Notes: generated by a model not told the origin, from the sequence alone. DNA of 64,000 bases from Octopus bimaculoides (GCF_001194135.2 NC_068991.1:77257817-77321816); one strand, 5' to 3'. Positions 12,711 to 26,170 are shown, numbered from the stretch's first letter. Translations and numbers: made by a program.

Positions 12711-13165
12711 TTAAGAGGGGAAGAGGCATTGGAGGAGGTGATGATGAAAAGGTTATAGTGAGACAGATACAGGTGTCTTGCTGAATAGGAAGTACAAGGT
12801 TACCTGGTCAGAGAGAGAGAAAGATCAGGAATGAAGACAGAAGCAGGTGTGCTACCACAAAGAAAATACACGGTTGCCCAATCTGAGAGAATTACAAGAG
12901 AAGGAGAGAGAGAGAGAGAGAGAGTGGGAGACAGCAGGATGGAGATGGTGGCAAAATGCCAGGCATACCCACAAGGAACAGGGATCAGAATATAAATGAG
13001 ATGGTTGAGTAAAGGAAGATAGAGATGGAGATAGTGCCAAGTGCCAGGGCATACTCTTGAGGTTCAAATGCCATAATATAAGTGACAGGATATTGCAAAG
13101 GGAGTGCGATTAAATATATATACATACATCTGGTGTGACATCGCTTTCTTCTCCTGTTTTCTCTC

Positions 13166-13207
<42 letters not shown>

Positions 13208-13217
13208 NNNNNNNNNN

Positions 13218-13254
<37 letters not shown>

Positions 13255-13270
13255 TATATGAAATTAACTA

Positions 13271-13674
13271 AATAAGAGGAGAGAAGTAATGCTTATTCCA
13301 TTTGTTGACAGCTGTTTCATAATCTATGTCCAGTTACACCACTGCTGTTAAATTGCCCAATGCACATCTGAATATTCACATATTTGCATAGATATAGATA
13401 TATTTGTTCCGTAACAAATTACTCAATGAACAAATTACTCATCACTGTCATGTCAAGGCAAGTGAGCATAGAGTTTAATGCTTACTTGTCATGATATAAT
13501 TCCAATGAGTAATTTGTACAGTATGTCACAGCACAATTATATCTATATTTGTGCATCTATATGTATATTTACACAAGTGTTGGACAATTTAACATTGATA
13601 ATATAACTGGACATAGATTACGAAACAACTGTGAACAAATGGAATAAACATTTTCATCTCTCACTTCTCTTATT
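13271..13674. mobile_element. ~400-bp fold-back element (MITE-like)
   Basis: TTATTCCATTTGTTGACAGCTGTTTCATAATCTATGTCCAGTTA is mirrored at 13604-13648; symmetry continues inward to ACAAATTACTCA / TGAGTAATTTGT. Confidence 0.85.
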
Positions 13675-13847
13675 TTATTAATTATTCTATATTCTTCAAT
13701 ATTCTGATTCCTGGAGTTTCAGAATGATAGTGATGTTATGGTCTGGCCTCAACCATTGTTTTTCTCATAGCTGTGTACTTGGCAAAAAGCTGTTTTTTCT
13801 TTGAATCTCTATTCTTATTGTTCTATATATTTATGCATGTGTGTATG

Positions 13848-13910
<63 letters not shown>

Positions 13911-13912
<2 letters not shown>

Positions 13913-14013
13913 TCATCATCATCATCGTTTAACGTCCGCTTTCCATGCTAGCATGAATTGGACGATTTGACTGAGGACTGGTGAAACCGGATGGCAACAC
14001 CAGGCTCCAATCT
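13911..14013 (-). mobile_element. Young RTE 3' tail, cut by an assembly gap
   Basis: Near-identical to 59988-60141. Confidence 0.9.
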
Positions 14014-14334
14014 CTCTCTCTCNNNNNNNNNNNNNNNNNNNNNNNNNNNNNNNNNNNNNNNNNNNNNNNNNNNNNNNNNNNNNNNNNNNNNNNNNNNNNN
14101 NNNNNNNNNNNNNNNNNNNNNNNNNNNNNNNNNNNNNNNNNNNNNNNNNNNNNNNNNNNNNNNNNNNNNNNNNNNNNNNNNNNNNNNNNNNNNNNNNNNN
14201 NNNNNNNNNNNNNNNNNNNNNNNNNNNNNNNNNNNNNNNNNNNNNNNNNNNNNNNNNNNNNNNNNNNNNNNNNNNNNNNNNNNNATATATATATATATAT
14301 ATATACATACATACATACACACACACACATATAT

Positions 14335-15545
14335 AGCCTTCCTCTTGTGAACCCAAGTGAGGGACCAGCTATTCTAGTTGACAGCAGCATGATAGATAAG
14401 GTAATTAAAGATATAAAGATATGGTGGGAGGGGCCCTGGTCTAGCAAGAGTCACTGTTGAGATGCTTAAGACATCTGGTAGAGTTGGATACAATCTAGTC
14501 CCCTGTATAGTTAATGAGATTGTTCAGGAAGGTATAATCCCTAGTGATTGGTGCAACAGTGTCATAATCAGCTGCTACGAGGGCAAGAGAGATGCATTTT
14601 AGATAGAGGTAATTATAGAAGCTTCAAGTTGCCAGACCAAGTGAGGAAAGTTACAGTGAATGTTATAGCCCCAATTAATTACAAACAGAATTAAACGAGA
14701 TAAAATATGCTTTGGTTTTAGCCTGGGGAGAAACACCATGGATGTTATTTTCATAGTCAGACAACTGCAAGAGAAATATTTAACTAAGAACAAGCCATTG
14801 TCCTTGGCATTTTTTGATCTAGAGAAAGTCTTTGACAGAATACCTTGCTCTGTGATATGATGTTTCTGATGAAGCTGGGGATTGAAGAATGGCTTGTGAA
14901 AGCAGTACAGGCCATGTACATGGGGGTTATTAGTAAGGTAAGAGTTGACCATAAGTACAGTGATGAATTTAGGGTACAGGCAGTTTGGTCCTCAGCCCCC
15001 TCTTATTCATCATCATCCTCCAGGCCATTACAGAGGAATTTAAAACTGGAAGCCCATGGGAACTCCTATTTGCTGATGATGTTGCCCTTGTAGCAGAATC
15101 TGTAACAGAAATTCCAGGTATGGGAACAGAGCCTGGAATCCAAAAGTCTTAAAGTAAACTTAGAAAAGACCAAGGTCCTAGTAAGCACGAAATCAGACAG
15201 GACCCTTCATCCGACTAGTAAATGGCACTGCTTGATAAGTAGGAAGGGTGTAGGCAGAAATTTCTTTAGGTTCACCCAATGTAAGATATGGACACACAAG
15301 AGGGGCAGTGTAAAAGTAGGAAGGTTAACAGAGAAAGTAGTGTTTGTATGTGGAAGATGTATAGGGGCCATTAAGACCACAGATGCATAAGAAACTGATT
15401 TCCTGAAATGTTCTGGTGGCTCTCTGGAAGTTGTAGATAACTTCTGGTTTGTAGGTGACCTAATTAACAGTAGAGGAGGTTGTAGAGAAAGTGTAATTGC
15501 TAGAATAAGAATAGGATGAAGAAATTTTAAATATGTTATCCTCTT
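14335..15545 (+). mobile_element. RTE-clade LINE reverse-transcriptase fragment, frameshifted
   Basis: IPSDWCNSVII..DRGNYRS..IFIVRQLQEKY..AFFDLEKVFDRIP..LSPLLFII..PWELLFADDVAL..LKVNLEKTKVL..FVCGRC..LEVVDNF. Confidence 0.93.
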
Positions 15546-17307
15546 TGTTTTCAGTGAAAGAAAGGAAGTAAAGTAGAAAGCATTGAAAAGGAGTAAAAGA
15601 GAAATGTGAAAAGGGTCAAAAAAAGGGGAAAGAAAGAATTTGTCAGCAAGAATCAAATGAGCCAGTCAAAATGGGTGGCTTTATAATATTAAGAGTAATA
15701 TGATATTATCTTTCTCACGGTGATAGATAGATAGACAGACATACATATAGATAGATAATTAGACAGATAAATAGATAGATAGATATGCATACATATATGT
15801 ATATATTTATACATACATGTGATTTCTATGGTGATGGCAACTGTTACAAGAGAGATTATCATTCTCCCACAACATGAAGTGAGATTAGAAATTCAAATTT
15901 GAAATTAAGGAAATGCAAGGTAAATGATGCATATTTAATTTTTTTTCCTTTTGTTTACTTATTATGAAGTGGTTACAATTTATAATTGGTGGTAATCATG
16001 TATAGCACTATTTCATTCTTTTAGAAATCATCAGCATGATATAACTTGTAACATATGAATTAAATGTTATTTTATGAAGTGATATATTTCATCAATAATT
16101 AAAATAATCTCTATCTGGAGGAAACTCAATGAATATATGCTTTTTTCTTTTCTTCTCTTTGTCATCCCTAATTCAACTCACAAAATATTTACTAATCCAA
16201 CTATATGGTAAAAGAACCCCACTTACCTGAGGTTTCATGCAATTTGATCTAACAGAACTTTATGCCAATATAAGAAATCTTAATAGTTCTGTGGATGATG
16301 CACTCACTATTGTGGAAATCTCCTTTCTTGTAGTGATTTGCTCTCTTGAAGAGATCAGTTCTTTTGTAGATGTCAATACCTTTTAGAAAGTTTTGGAGAA
16401 GATGAGGATATCTATAGCAAATAAGCATACAACATGAAACTCTTGTGTTCTGATTAGAGTCTCTTGTTGGATCTCTCAGCTGTTGATGCATGAGACCATG
16501 TGACAAGATGTTTAGTTAGTGATCTTTAAAAACTGATTTGTATTGTACAGACTCAATCTTTCAGTGAGAAAGTCCAAATATGTGAGACATTCCAAACAAT
16601 TTAACACTTAAACCTAGGAATATCATGCAGACTCACACATATGCACATATGTAAATATCTGCAGAGATATGCATAAAGATGTACAGATGCACAAGTACTT
16701 CTCGCAAAAAATGCCTCATTTAAACTGTGTTCCAATTGCAGCTATGTCTTTTTTTCTTCTAATTTTTCTCTTCTTTTGTGGCTTATCTAGGAATTGCATC
16801 AGCTAGATTGTCTTCTCTTTTTAAGCATGGTGCTTTTGCTGGAGATTTGGTTGCTATTTCTAGCAAGTCAAAATACTAAATAGAAGTTTATGAATAGCTG
16901 AAAAGGCAACATGTCCAGTTTGTTACGTGGCACCACATATGGTCAAGTCAAAATTACTTTTCATCAAAGTGCACAACATGGTCCTTTACTAGCAGAAGCA
17001 TTGCATATCAGGTACAATGGATCTGTGTAGAGAATCTAGTTGAAATAACAACTGGTCAGTAATAGAATCATTCTACAGTTGATTGACTTGCTAGAAGTAG
17101 AAGCAAAACCACTCTCAAATCACACATTACCAAGTTAAAAGAAGAAAGATTTACTGGACAATGTGGTTCTGGATATACACTGCCAAAGAGAAAATATAAA
17201 AGATGGAATAGTTTTTGCTTGAGTGCATTCTACCATGAATGACCTGGAGACTAACAATAACAAACACCTTGCTATGAGCTGTAGGTAGGTTTATGGAAAA
17301 GTTCATA

Positions 17308-17720
17308 GGTGCAGGAGTGGCTGTGTGGTAAGTAGCTTGCTTATCAACCACATGGTTCCGGGTTCATTCCCGCTGCGTGGCACCTTGGGCAAGTGTCTTC
17401 TACTATAGCCTCAGGCCGACCAAAGCCTTGTGAGTGGATTTGGTAGACGGAAACTGAAAGAAGCCCATCGTATATATATATATATATATGTATATATATG
17501 TATGTGTGTTTTTGTGTCTGTGTTTGTCCCCCCACCATCGCTTGACAACCAATGCTGGTGTGTTTACGTCCCCGTAACTTAGCGGTTCGGCAAAAGAGAC
17601 CGATAGAATAAGTACTAGGCTTTCAAAGAATAAGTCCTGGGGTCGATTTGCTCGACTAAAGGCGGTGCTCCAGCATGGCCGCAGTCAAATGACTGAAACA
17701 AGTAAAAGAGTAAAAGAGTA
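17308..17720 (+). mobile_element. SINE family A, intact young copy
   Basis: tRNA-like head (GGTTCATTCCCG B-box-like), central (TA/TG)n, tail ending in (AAAAGAGT)2. Confidence 0.93.
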
Positions 17721-18345
17721 AGTTTCATTGCTGTGCAGAGAAAAGAAGCTGAGTATTCAGGAAATGAGAATGGGGTGTTTGGGGTTGCTAAGGGACTGCT
17801 TGATTTGGGCAGACCTGGAGTTAAACCACCACCACCACAGCAGCAACAGCAGCAACAACAACAATAACAACAACAACAGCAGTAGTAGAGCTTTGTTCCA
17901 CTTCAAGAACAATATATTTATATACAAAAATAGATCTTGCATAAGAGTAACATACAAATATATAAGGAAAGGAGGAGAAGAGAGCATGTTGTGACACTAA
18001 CATCTGTCCATAAAATATTCTTCGTATCAATAAACAGACTCCGTTGTAGAGATGAGGAATCAGGTCATGGATTCAGCCTAATGAGAAATTCCCAGCACTG
18101 TGCTGTTGTGTCTGCCATGGTGTCTACCATCAGAGAGCTCTCTCTCTCTCTCTCTCTCTGACACTATGTTCCCTTCATTGATTACTGCTGATCTGTCTTT
18201 TCCCACTGTTAGTACATCACTATCTAAATCTACACACTGTATGCACTAACATACACATATTAACACACAAATATGCACACACTTACAAATACTGAGAACA
18301 GCTATTATATGTACATATACATGCACTAAAGCACACATATACTTA

Positions 18346-18409
<64 letters not shown>

Positions 18410-18457
18410 TTCACCTGATATCTACATGTGTTCATTTTTATGAATTCTGATTATGTC

Positions 18458-18517
18458 TGCACTGATGAGCAGAGAGTATGTTATGTACACTGACTATGAA
18501 ATCATACATGATTTGCA
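18458..18517 (+). ncRNA. Degenerate minimal type-I hammerhead ribozyme motif, probably a Penelope-like element relic
   Basis: UGCA-CUGAUGA-(eroded stem II)-GAAA-UCAU-AC-AUGA-U-U-UGCA: core boxes, palindromic stem III and 4-bp stem I are all present. Confidence 0.5.
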
Positions 18518-19112
18518 ACTAAATCTGTTTTTAAGAGACAACTTCCAAGTTACTTTCCCCACTTTGAGTACAATGTATATTTATTAAAGTAGTTTTGACT
18601 TTAAGAGTCCCTTACAGCATGAGGCATTTACATGTAGTTATAGCCCTTAGTATAATGAATGTATATATATATATATATTGTTTTTGTTAGGTTACCTTGT
18701 ATGTCTCTACTGTCATGTTTTTGTTCCCAACTTTGACCCTCCATAAATCCTAAATTTAATTTTAGAATTTATTGGAACAACTGTCTTTGAAGACTCATAT
18801 TGTCATTGAATGCTTCAAATGTGGAGTAGATAGACAGCTGACAACTGATGAAGGGTCCTTTCTCTGTGTTTACTTGTCCTGTTTTCCATTTTTTAGTTGT
18901 TGTTTATGTATTTAACTCCTTTGTTTATGTATTTCATGTTATTCGCACCGTTGGTGGCATCCTGTACCTATATATGCCTATATATATATATATATCATAT
19001 ATTATTTATTATATGTATAGAGATAGATAGATAGATATACATAAATCAACCTACACCTACATGCATTTCTATACATAAAAATATAAACATATGCATAAAA
19101 ATACATAGATAT

Positions 19113-19208
<96 letters not shown>

Positions 19209-19924
19209 GGGCGCAAACATGCATACATGAAAATCTATATACGAACATACATTTATTCACATATCCCCAGATATCAACCAGCACTCATATACACGAAAAG
19301 ATATAAACATTAATACTTGTGTATGTGTAAATGCTCAGAAATCTAAACACACAATGGAAAGTGCACATAGATACATAGAAATATATCAAATCTTATAAAC
19401 TAACAAATATTCATATATAGTTCATACTTACATACATACATATAACCACACACGCACATATCAACATAAATATAGTAAGAAGTACAAACTCTGACAAACC
19501 TGTAGTGAAACCTATATCATATCCATGCACGTGTAAACTTTAGCTTCAGCTCTTACATCCACTCATTCATGTAAACACACACATGCATTAACACAAAGCT
19601 CTCCCTCACATCCATTCACAGACTCAACCACACCCACACTTATAAATTCAAACACATACATAGCAATTTCACTGATTTTATGCATGTCTGTTGAACACAC
19701 ATGCAACTTCACAAGCATAGAAAGAAACACGCATGCACACGTACACAACTAGATTTGACCTTTCATTCGTATCCATGTACACTCTCACACTGCGATAAAT
19801 GCATGTGCACATATGCATGCATGCATCATGTGTTAAAGGATACATACTAATACACATGTATGAAGAAAAACAAAACATATCCGACTATGATAGAAAGAAG
19901 AATTTCCTAGTCAAACCAGCAACA

Positions 19925-20003
19925 TATATAGATATAGATATAGATATAGATATAGATATAGATATAGATATAGATATAGATATAGATATAGATATAGATA
20001 TAG
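19925..20003. repeat. (ATATAG)n hexanucleotide repeat
   Basis: About 13 perfect units. Confidence 0.97.
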
Positions 20004-20547
20004 GCCAGTGGTGCTGGCATTATGATGGAAAGCCAGGTAGATTATCACTGCTTCAACCACACCTGCTGCCATCCCTGCTGCCTGCCGCCACTACCACCGT
20101 CATCATCATCATCATCATCATCATCACTGTTTAAATTAAATATGTATTTCTCTCTGCTAGCAAGGGTCAGAACGGCAACATATCTCTATCCTGTGCCAAT
20201 TCATATGTGAGGCTATAGTATTTTTCTCAGGTATAAACCTCACCATTCTTTCATATGCCTTCGTTGCCACGTGTATCATCATTGGCAACTCATTTGTTTT
20301 CACTGAACATCTCTTTTCTGTTTATACCCTCACATCAAATTATTTGACCATTACGTATTACCGGTACTAACTTTTTCAAAAGTTGGAGGGATAAAAGCCA
20401 GATGTTCAACTAGAATAGTGGAGAGGGAAAACATATTCTATAAACAATCCATCCAACCATTCAATTTTCTATTCATATTAAGTATACATGAATATGCAGT
20501 ATTGAAGATGTATAGGATATATAGAATTACATATATGTATTACTCTA

Positions 20548-21415
20548 CAGGGTGGGTGAAAAGTAAATAGGCATTAAAAATTGGTACTAAAATCCTTATT
20601 CCTTTTGCAAATTTATCGACAAAAATGATCCATGTTCTTTATTGCATGGGAAAATGAAAGTAAATCTTCATATTTCAACATAAGCACTGATGATGTCAAC
20701 CAGTTTCCTCAAACGGCCAGGGATGGAATGAACCACCTTCTGAAAGATGTTGTCTGGGATATCATTGAGAACCTCCTGAATTCATGTCTCCAAGTCCTCC
20801 AGTGTGCAAGGTTTTGTCTTGTACACCACCTCTTTTGTGTAATCCCACAGGTAAAAATCACCTGAAGTGAGATCTGGACTTCTTGGAGTTCTGGATGTCA
20901 GGACTTCTGCAGTCAAAGTCTTCAGGTTTTAGCTCCTGCACATAATGGGGTTTCCCTGGATGAAAATTCAATTCTTTAGGCAACACCATATATATTGTGT
21001 GTCTTGTTAGTCCACTTTTGCAAGCTGCTTGACACATTGATTTTTGTGGACTGTGATTAAACATTTTGTGCACTGTTGCCACATTCTCTGCTGACCAAGA
21101 TGTGGTTGGACAGCCGCTTCTTGCATCGTTCATAGAACCCATGGTCATCAGCTTTGTATAACAACTTTTTATTGTCTCTGGGCGTAGTGTTGCATTTTTA
21201 CCTTTTCATGCATGCTACCATCTCTGAACCAAAACAATGGAATTCTACACTTGCCCCTGGACAGTCAAGCGACTGGCCATCTGAAAAATAAGAAATAAGA
21301 AAATAAAAAATCCACATTAATGTTGCCTGTTTAAAAAATATTTTCATCATGACTTCAGTGAAATAAAAAATTCTATAAGCAATTTCTAATGCCTAGTTAC
21401 TTTCTGCCCATGCTG
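20548..21415 (-). mobile_element. Internally deleted Tc1/mariner-superfamily transposon (rosa/DD41D-like motifs)
   Basis: TA-flanked TIRs CAGGGTGGGTGAAAAGTAAATAGGCATT / CAGCATGGGCAGAAAGTAACTAGGCATT; HTH region RSGCPTT..NVATV..SPQKS..KPHYVQEL; C-terminus PRSPDLTSGDFYLWDYTKEVVYKTKPCTLEDL; catalytic core missing. Confidence 0.85.
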
Positions 21416-21439
21416 TATAGATTAGAATATATAGAATTA

Positions 21440-21630
21440 TCTAGGATATATAAATCACAGTATGTGTGTGCATAATGACTAATGCATACATTTCCACAAT
21501 TCTCAACCGATTTTCACCAAACTTTACACGCATATTACTTATATTCCAAGGATGGTCACAAACTAAACATTTTGCACAGAGTTCCCGCGTAAATGGTTCT
21601 AAATGGACATAGTTTTTTTGCATGTAGGGT
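21440..21630 (+). mobile_element. Possible 5' part of a non-autonomous Helitron/HINE-like element
   Basis: A|TCTAGGATATATAAA start, short (TG)n, then TCTCAACCGATTTTCACCAAACTTT; no 3' end found. Confidence 0.3.
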
Positions 21631-21954
21631 CTTCCATAGTTTTTTAATCTTTTTATAAAAGTGGAAGGATTTTGTCTATTTATTTCGACTGTCCACTTGC
21701 CACGGTGATTAAATTGACTAAAAACATTGTATGCAATGAATATCTAATACCAAGCAATCTTAATCTCCATTACACAAGTATGATGCATACAAACACACAC
21801 ACAAGCACATTGTTTGTGTATATGTGTGTGTGCGTGTGCGCATGTGTTTATATACTCACTCACACAATGGCCTACTTTCAGTTTCTGGTTGCTATACTGT
21901 ATGAGGATGCTTGTATATTTGCTTGTGTGTGAATACATACATACATGCTCATGC

Positions 21955-22115
21955 AACAGGCTTCTTTTGGTTTCTGTCTACCAAACACACATAAGGCTTT
22001 GGTTGGTCTTGAATTATAATACAAAACACTTGCCCAAGGTGCATGCAGTGGGGCTGAATCTAAAATCACATGGTTGGGCAGTGAACCTCTTAAGCTATAC
22101 AGCCATACCTGTGCA
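21955..22115 (-). mobile_element. SINE family A head, diverged
   Basis: GGCTTCTTTTGGTTTCTGTCTACCAAA..CACTTGCCCAAGGTGC. Confidence 0.75.
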
Positions 22116-22591
22116 TTTTACACACGGCATGCATGTAAAGTAGATTTGTTACCATTGCCTGATTGTATGTATTTAAAGGAAAACTCAGGATGCAATGAAT
22201 CAAATCATTAACTTTGTAGAGTGTGTGCTTTTACATGCACCAACTTGGCCGTGAAACTGGACAAATGAGTACAGCTGTTTCAGTGTCTGCAATTTGGCAG
22301 TGTTGTTTGGACACAATTCCTGTTTTGGCAATGGTTTTTTTGGCACCAGAGGATTTAGTACTGAAGGCAGGCACACACATGCATGCACAGGTTTGTAAAC
22401 ATATATATATACATACATATATATGTATATATATATATATATCGTTTTTTTTCAGAAAAACATAAATCTGGAGAAGAAGCGCATTCTAAGAAGTCTGTAT
22501 TTATTACTGGTGAAGGCCGGTTTATAGGGTTACCCTGGGTTTCAGACCCTAAGACCTGTTGGCCTATGGCCTCTTTAAAATATGCTATATG

Positions 22592-22639
<48 letters not shown>

Positions 22640-22647
22640 ATATATTG

Positions 22648-22999
22648 AATCATTACTAATTGTGATTGAGGGTGCTGGGTAGCACCTATATTGCGAGGAA
22701 GCCGATTTTCATGTACTGCCCCATAAGCACATACGCAAAGCTAGAATCACAGCACTAGACTAGTTTTGTCTATAGATTGCAGAATCTTCAGCAGTGACTA
22801 CTCCATCATTGAATGGTTTAGCTAAATCCAGACTGTCAGTATATACACTTACCACATAGATTCATGGTTAAGTTAGCGAAATGCTAATGTGAAAATTGCA
22901 AAATAATGTGAGCAGCTATACGCAATATAAAACCAAAAAGAAAACATTCAATCGTCACTAATTGTAACTGAGGGTGCTGGATAGCACCTTTATTGCTAG
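22648..22999. repeat. ~50-bp direct repeat pair (period ~302) containing a GGTGCT/AGCACC hairpin
   Basis: 22648-22696 versus 22950-22999. Confidence 0.8.
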
Positions 23000-23439
23000 A
23001 GAGGGAGAGAAAGAGAGAGAGACTTCACATTTTATTAAAATGAACACAGTTGGACAAAAAAAAGTCCCCTCTTCAAATCTACATGAACACACACACATAA
23101 AGAGATAGATGGAGAGAGTGTGTTCGGATATTTGTCAATCTTGCATAAAGAGACAATGGCAAGGGCATAACCATTTTTGCTTCCACTGCATGTGCATATA
23201 AATAAATCCTAATCTAGGCAGATAGCTTTGCATATTTTGGGCTAAATGGAAAAAACAAACTTATTTTTACTTGAACACCAAAGAATGATTCCTTTCTATC
23301 ATTGTGTGCATTTTGTTTGAAATCACAGAGAATTGAAATAGGTCTCAAATTAGATTTTAAAAAAAATCTTTATATGTGGTGTGCTGCTTGCCGGACAAAA
23401 GAACATACACTATGGGGTGAACACCTTTGTTATTTTTCC

Positions 23440-23700
23440 TGAAATAAGATGGATGAGAAAAGAGGCCTGGTGTGATGCTGAATATTCTACTGGTAAACCA
23501 TGTGTCGGATGTCACAAAATAGAAGATGACAGCTGCATTAGCAAGTTCAGAGCACTGAAAGACAATGGCACTTGCATAAGAGGGAGGCAATGGCAGATTT
23601 GGGATGAGGTAGTCAAAAGTGGTCCCAACATACTACACCTGACAAACGATATGAAAGAGTACAATTTTGACTGGTGACATGCGGTATGTTCGGGTGTATG
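23440..23700 (+). mobile_element. RTE ORF C-terminal fragment
   Basis: DDSCISKFRALKDNGTCIRGRQWQIWDEVVK matches the RGRPRKTWDEVVK end of RTE ORFs (compare 49770). Confidence 0.75.
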
Positions 23701-23780
23701 TGTATATGTAATCTATCTATCTATATATGTAATGGATACATACATTAATGCATATATACATACATACATAGACAAATATA

Positions 23781-23955
23781 TATATATATAGGTGCAGGGG
23801 CAGAAGTGTGGTTAAGAGGCTTCTTTCCTATCCACATGGTCTCAGGTCCAGTTCCGATTTGTGGCACCTTGGGCAAGTGTCTTCTTCTATAATACCAAAT
23901 TGACTAAGCCTTGTGAGTGGATTTGGCAGATGGAAACTGGAGAAAGTCCATTGTG
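23781..23955 (+). mobile_element. SINE family A head, remainder in gap
   Basis: GTGGCACCTTGGGCAAGTGTCTTC..GCCTTGTGAGTGGATTTGG. Confidence 0.85.
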
Positions 23956-23959
23956 TATA

Positions 23960-24020
<61 letters not shown>

Positions 24021-25351
24021 NNNNNNNNNNNNNNNNNNNNNNNNNNNNNNNNNNNNNNNNNNNNNNNNNNNNNNNNNNNNNNNNNNNNNNNNNNNNNNNN
24101 NNNNNNNNNNNNNNNNNNNNNNNNNNNNNNNNNNNNNNNNNNNNNNNNNNNNNNNNNNNNNNNNNNNNNNNNNNNNNNNNNNNNNNNNNNNNNNNNNNNN
24201 NNNNNNNNNNNNNNNNNNNNNNNNNNNNNNNNNNNNNNNNNNNNNNNNNNNNNNNNNNNNNNNNNNNNNNNNNNNNNNNNNNNNNNNNNNNNNNNNNNNN
24301 NNNNNNNNNNNNNNNNNNNNNNNNNNNNNNNNNNNNNNNNNNNNNNNNNNNNNNNNNNNNNNNNNNNNNNNNNNNNNNNNNNNNNNNNNNNNNNNNNNNN
24401 NNNNNNNNNNNNNNNNNNNNNNNNNNNNNNNNNNNNNNNNNNNNNNNNNNNNNNNNNNNNNNNNNNNNNNNNNNNNNNNNNNNNNNNNNNNNNNNNNNNN
24501 NNNNNNNNNNNNNNNNNNNNNNNNNNNNNNNNNNNNNNNNNNNNNNNNNNNNNNNNNNNNNNNNNNNNNNNNNNNNNNNNNNNNNNNNNNNNNNNNNNNN
24601 NNNNNNNNNNNNNNNNNNNNNNNNNNNNNNNNNNNNNNNNNNNNNNNNNNNNNNNNNNNNNNNNNNNNNNNNNNNNNNNNNNNNNNNNNNNNNNNNNNNN
24701 NNNNNNNNNNNNNNNNNNNNNNNNNNNNNNNNNNNNNNNNNNNNNNNNNNNNNNNNNNNNNNNNNNNNNNNNNNNNNNNNNNNNNNNNNNNNNNNNNNNN
24801 NNNNNNNNNNNNNNNNNNNNNNNNNNNNNNNNNNNNNNNNNNNNNNNNNNNNNNNNNNNNNNNNNNNNNNNNNNNNNNNNNNNNNNNNNNNNNNNNNNNN
24901 NNNNNNNNNNNNNNNNNNNNNNNNNNNNNNNNNNNNNNNNNNNNNNNNNNNNNNNNNNNNNNNNNNNNNATATATATATATATATATAGATATTAAGAAA
25001 CCGTGAAGAAACTGCACCAGTATTATAGTAGGGTTACAATTGCAACGGTTGCTAATAGATGCAGTAGAAACATGTGTAGGTCTATTTGAAGCTGTAAATG
25101 TATAAAAAGGAATTAAATGTAATGCTAATGCTACTTCATAATAGTCCTTATTATTATTATCATTATTATTATTATATATACATATATATATTAATGCAGG
25201 TGTGTGTACATGTATAATATACATATAAAATATATCACATGTATATATATATTACATGTATAATATATATCTCTATGCATGGATGTGTTTATGTATCTCT
25301 ATCTATATCTCTCTATCTACCTGTCTATCTTTCTGTCTGTCTGTCTATCTT

Positions 25352-25414
<63 letters not shown>

Positions 25415-25424
25415 TTCTCTGTAT

Positions 25425-25960
25425 CATCATCGTCATTTAACGTCCGCTTTCCATGCTGGCATGGGTTTCACGGTTCGACTGAGGACTGGTGAGCCCAAAG
25501 GCTGCACCAGGCTCAATCTGTATATATGTATATATATATTTTATAAATATATGTATATATACACATACACACATATATATAATGTATATTTTTTATGATT
25601 TTAAACAGAAAGGAAGTGACTCAAGGTCCCAGAGTTTCGTTCGGTGCATTTATCAAAGTCCAATATTTGGCATTCATGAAATTCTCCAGTCTTCAGTAAC
25701 TTGCTGCAGATTAAAAATAAGGAACGAATATACATACTTCCTCTGCTTTAGCCATGAAAACTATATGCAACGTATGTGTCAATGTATTCATATATATATG
25801 TTATACATCGTCACCATCTTCATCCTTAAGTGTCAGGCCTCCATGTTGGCATTGGTTGGGTTGTTTAACAGTGTCGTGCTCCAATGTCCACTTTGGCATG
25901 GTCTCTACCGCTGGATACCCTTCTGAACATCAGCCACTTTACAAAGTGTCCTGGGGGATT
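25425..25960 (-). mobile_element. Two RTE 3' tails (25425-25520 and 25810-25960)
   Basis: (CAT)n-TTTAACGTCCGCTTTCCATGCTGGCATGG and a more diverged copy. Confidence 0.75.
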
Positions 25961-26170
25961 TTATATGGTACAAACACAAGTGATGATTTGCATCATAACT
26001 TGCAAGGCTTAGGGTCTAACAGTGACTGCTGTAGCTGAGTGGGGGTAGAGGAGAAAGGGGCAACGTTTCTAGGTGGGGAGATGAGGGATGGTAATTGAGA
26101 GGCAGGGAGGAGAATGACAGGGAAGAGGGAAGAAGAAAAAAGCTAGTGACAGGGATTATTGAGAAAATTT

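Noticed and set aside
16227-16410. Minus-strand exon with perfect CAG|GTAAGT donor
   Set aside because: All frames from the plausible acceptors close before the donor; splice motifs alone are expected by chance in 64 kb.
17738-17866. AG-preceded reading RKEAEYSGNENGVFGVAKGLLDLGRPGVKPPPPQ9*
   Set aside because: Short, ends in a degenerate CAA/CAG microsatellite, abuts a SINE, and has no homology I can name.
23861-25224. Long ORFs (358-445 aa) and all other X-containing ORFs
   Set aside because: They are open only because they cross N-gaps and (TA)n/(TG)n repeats.
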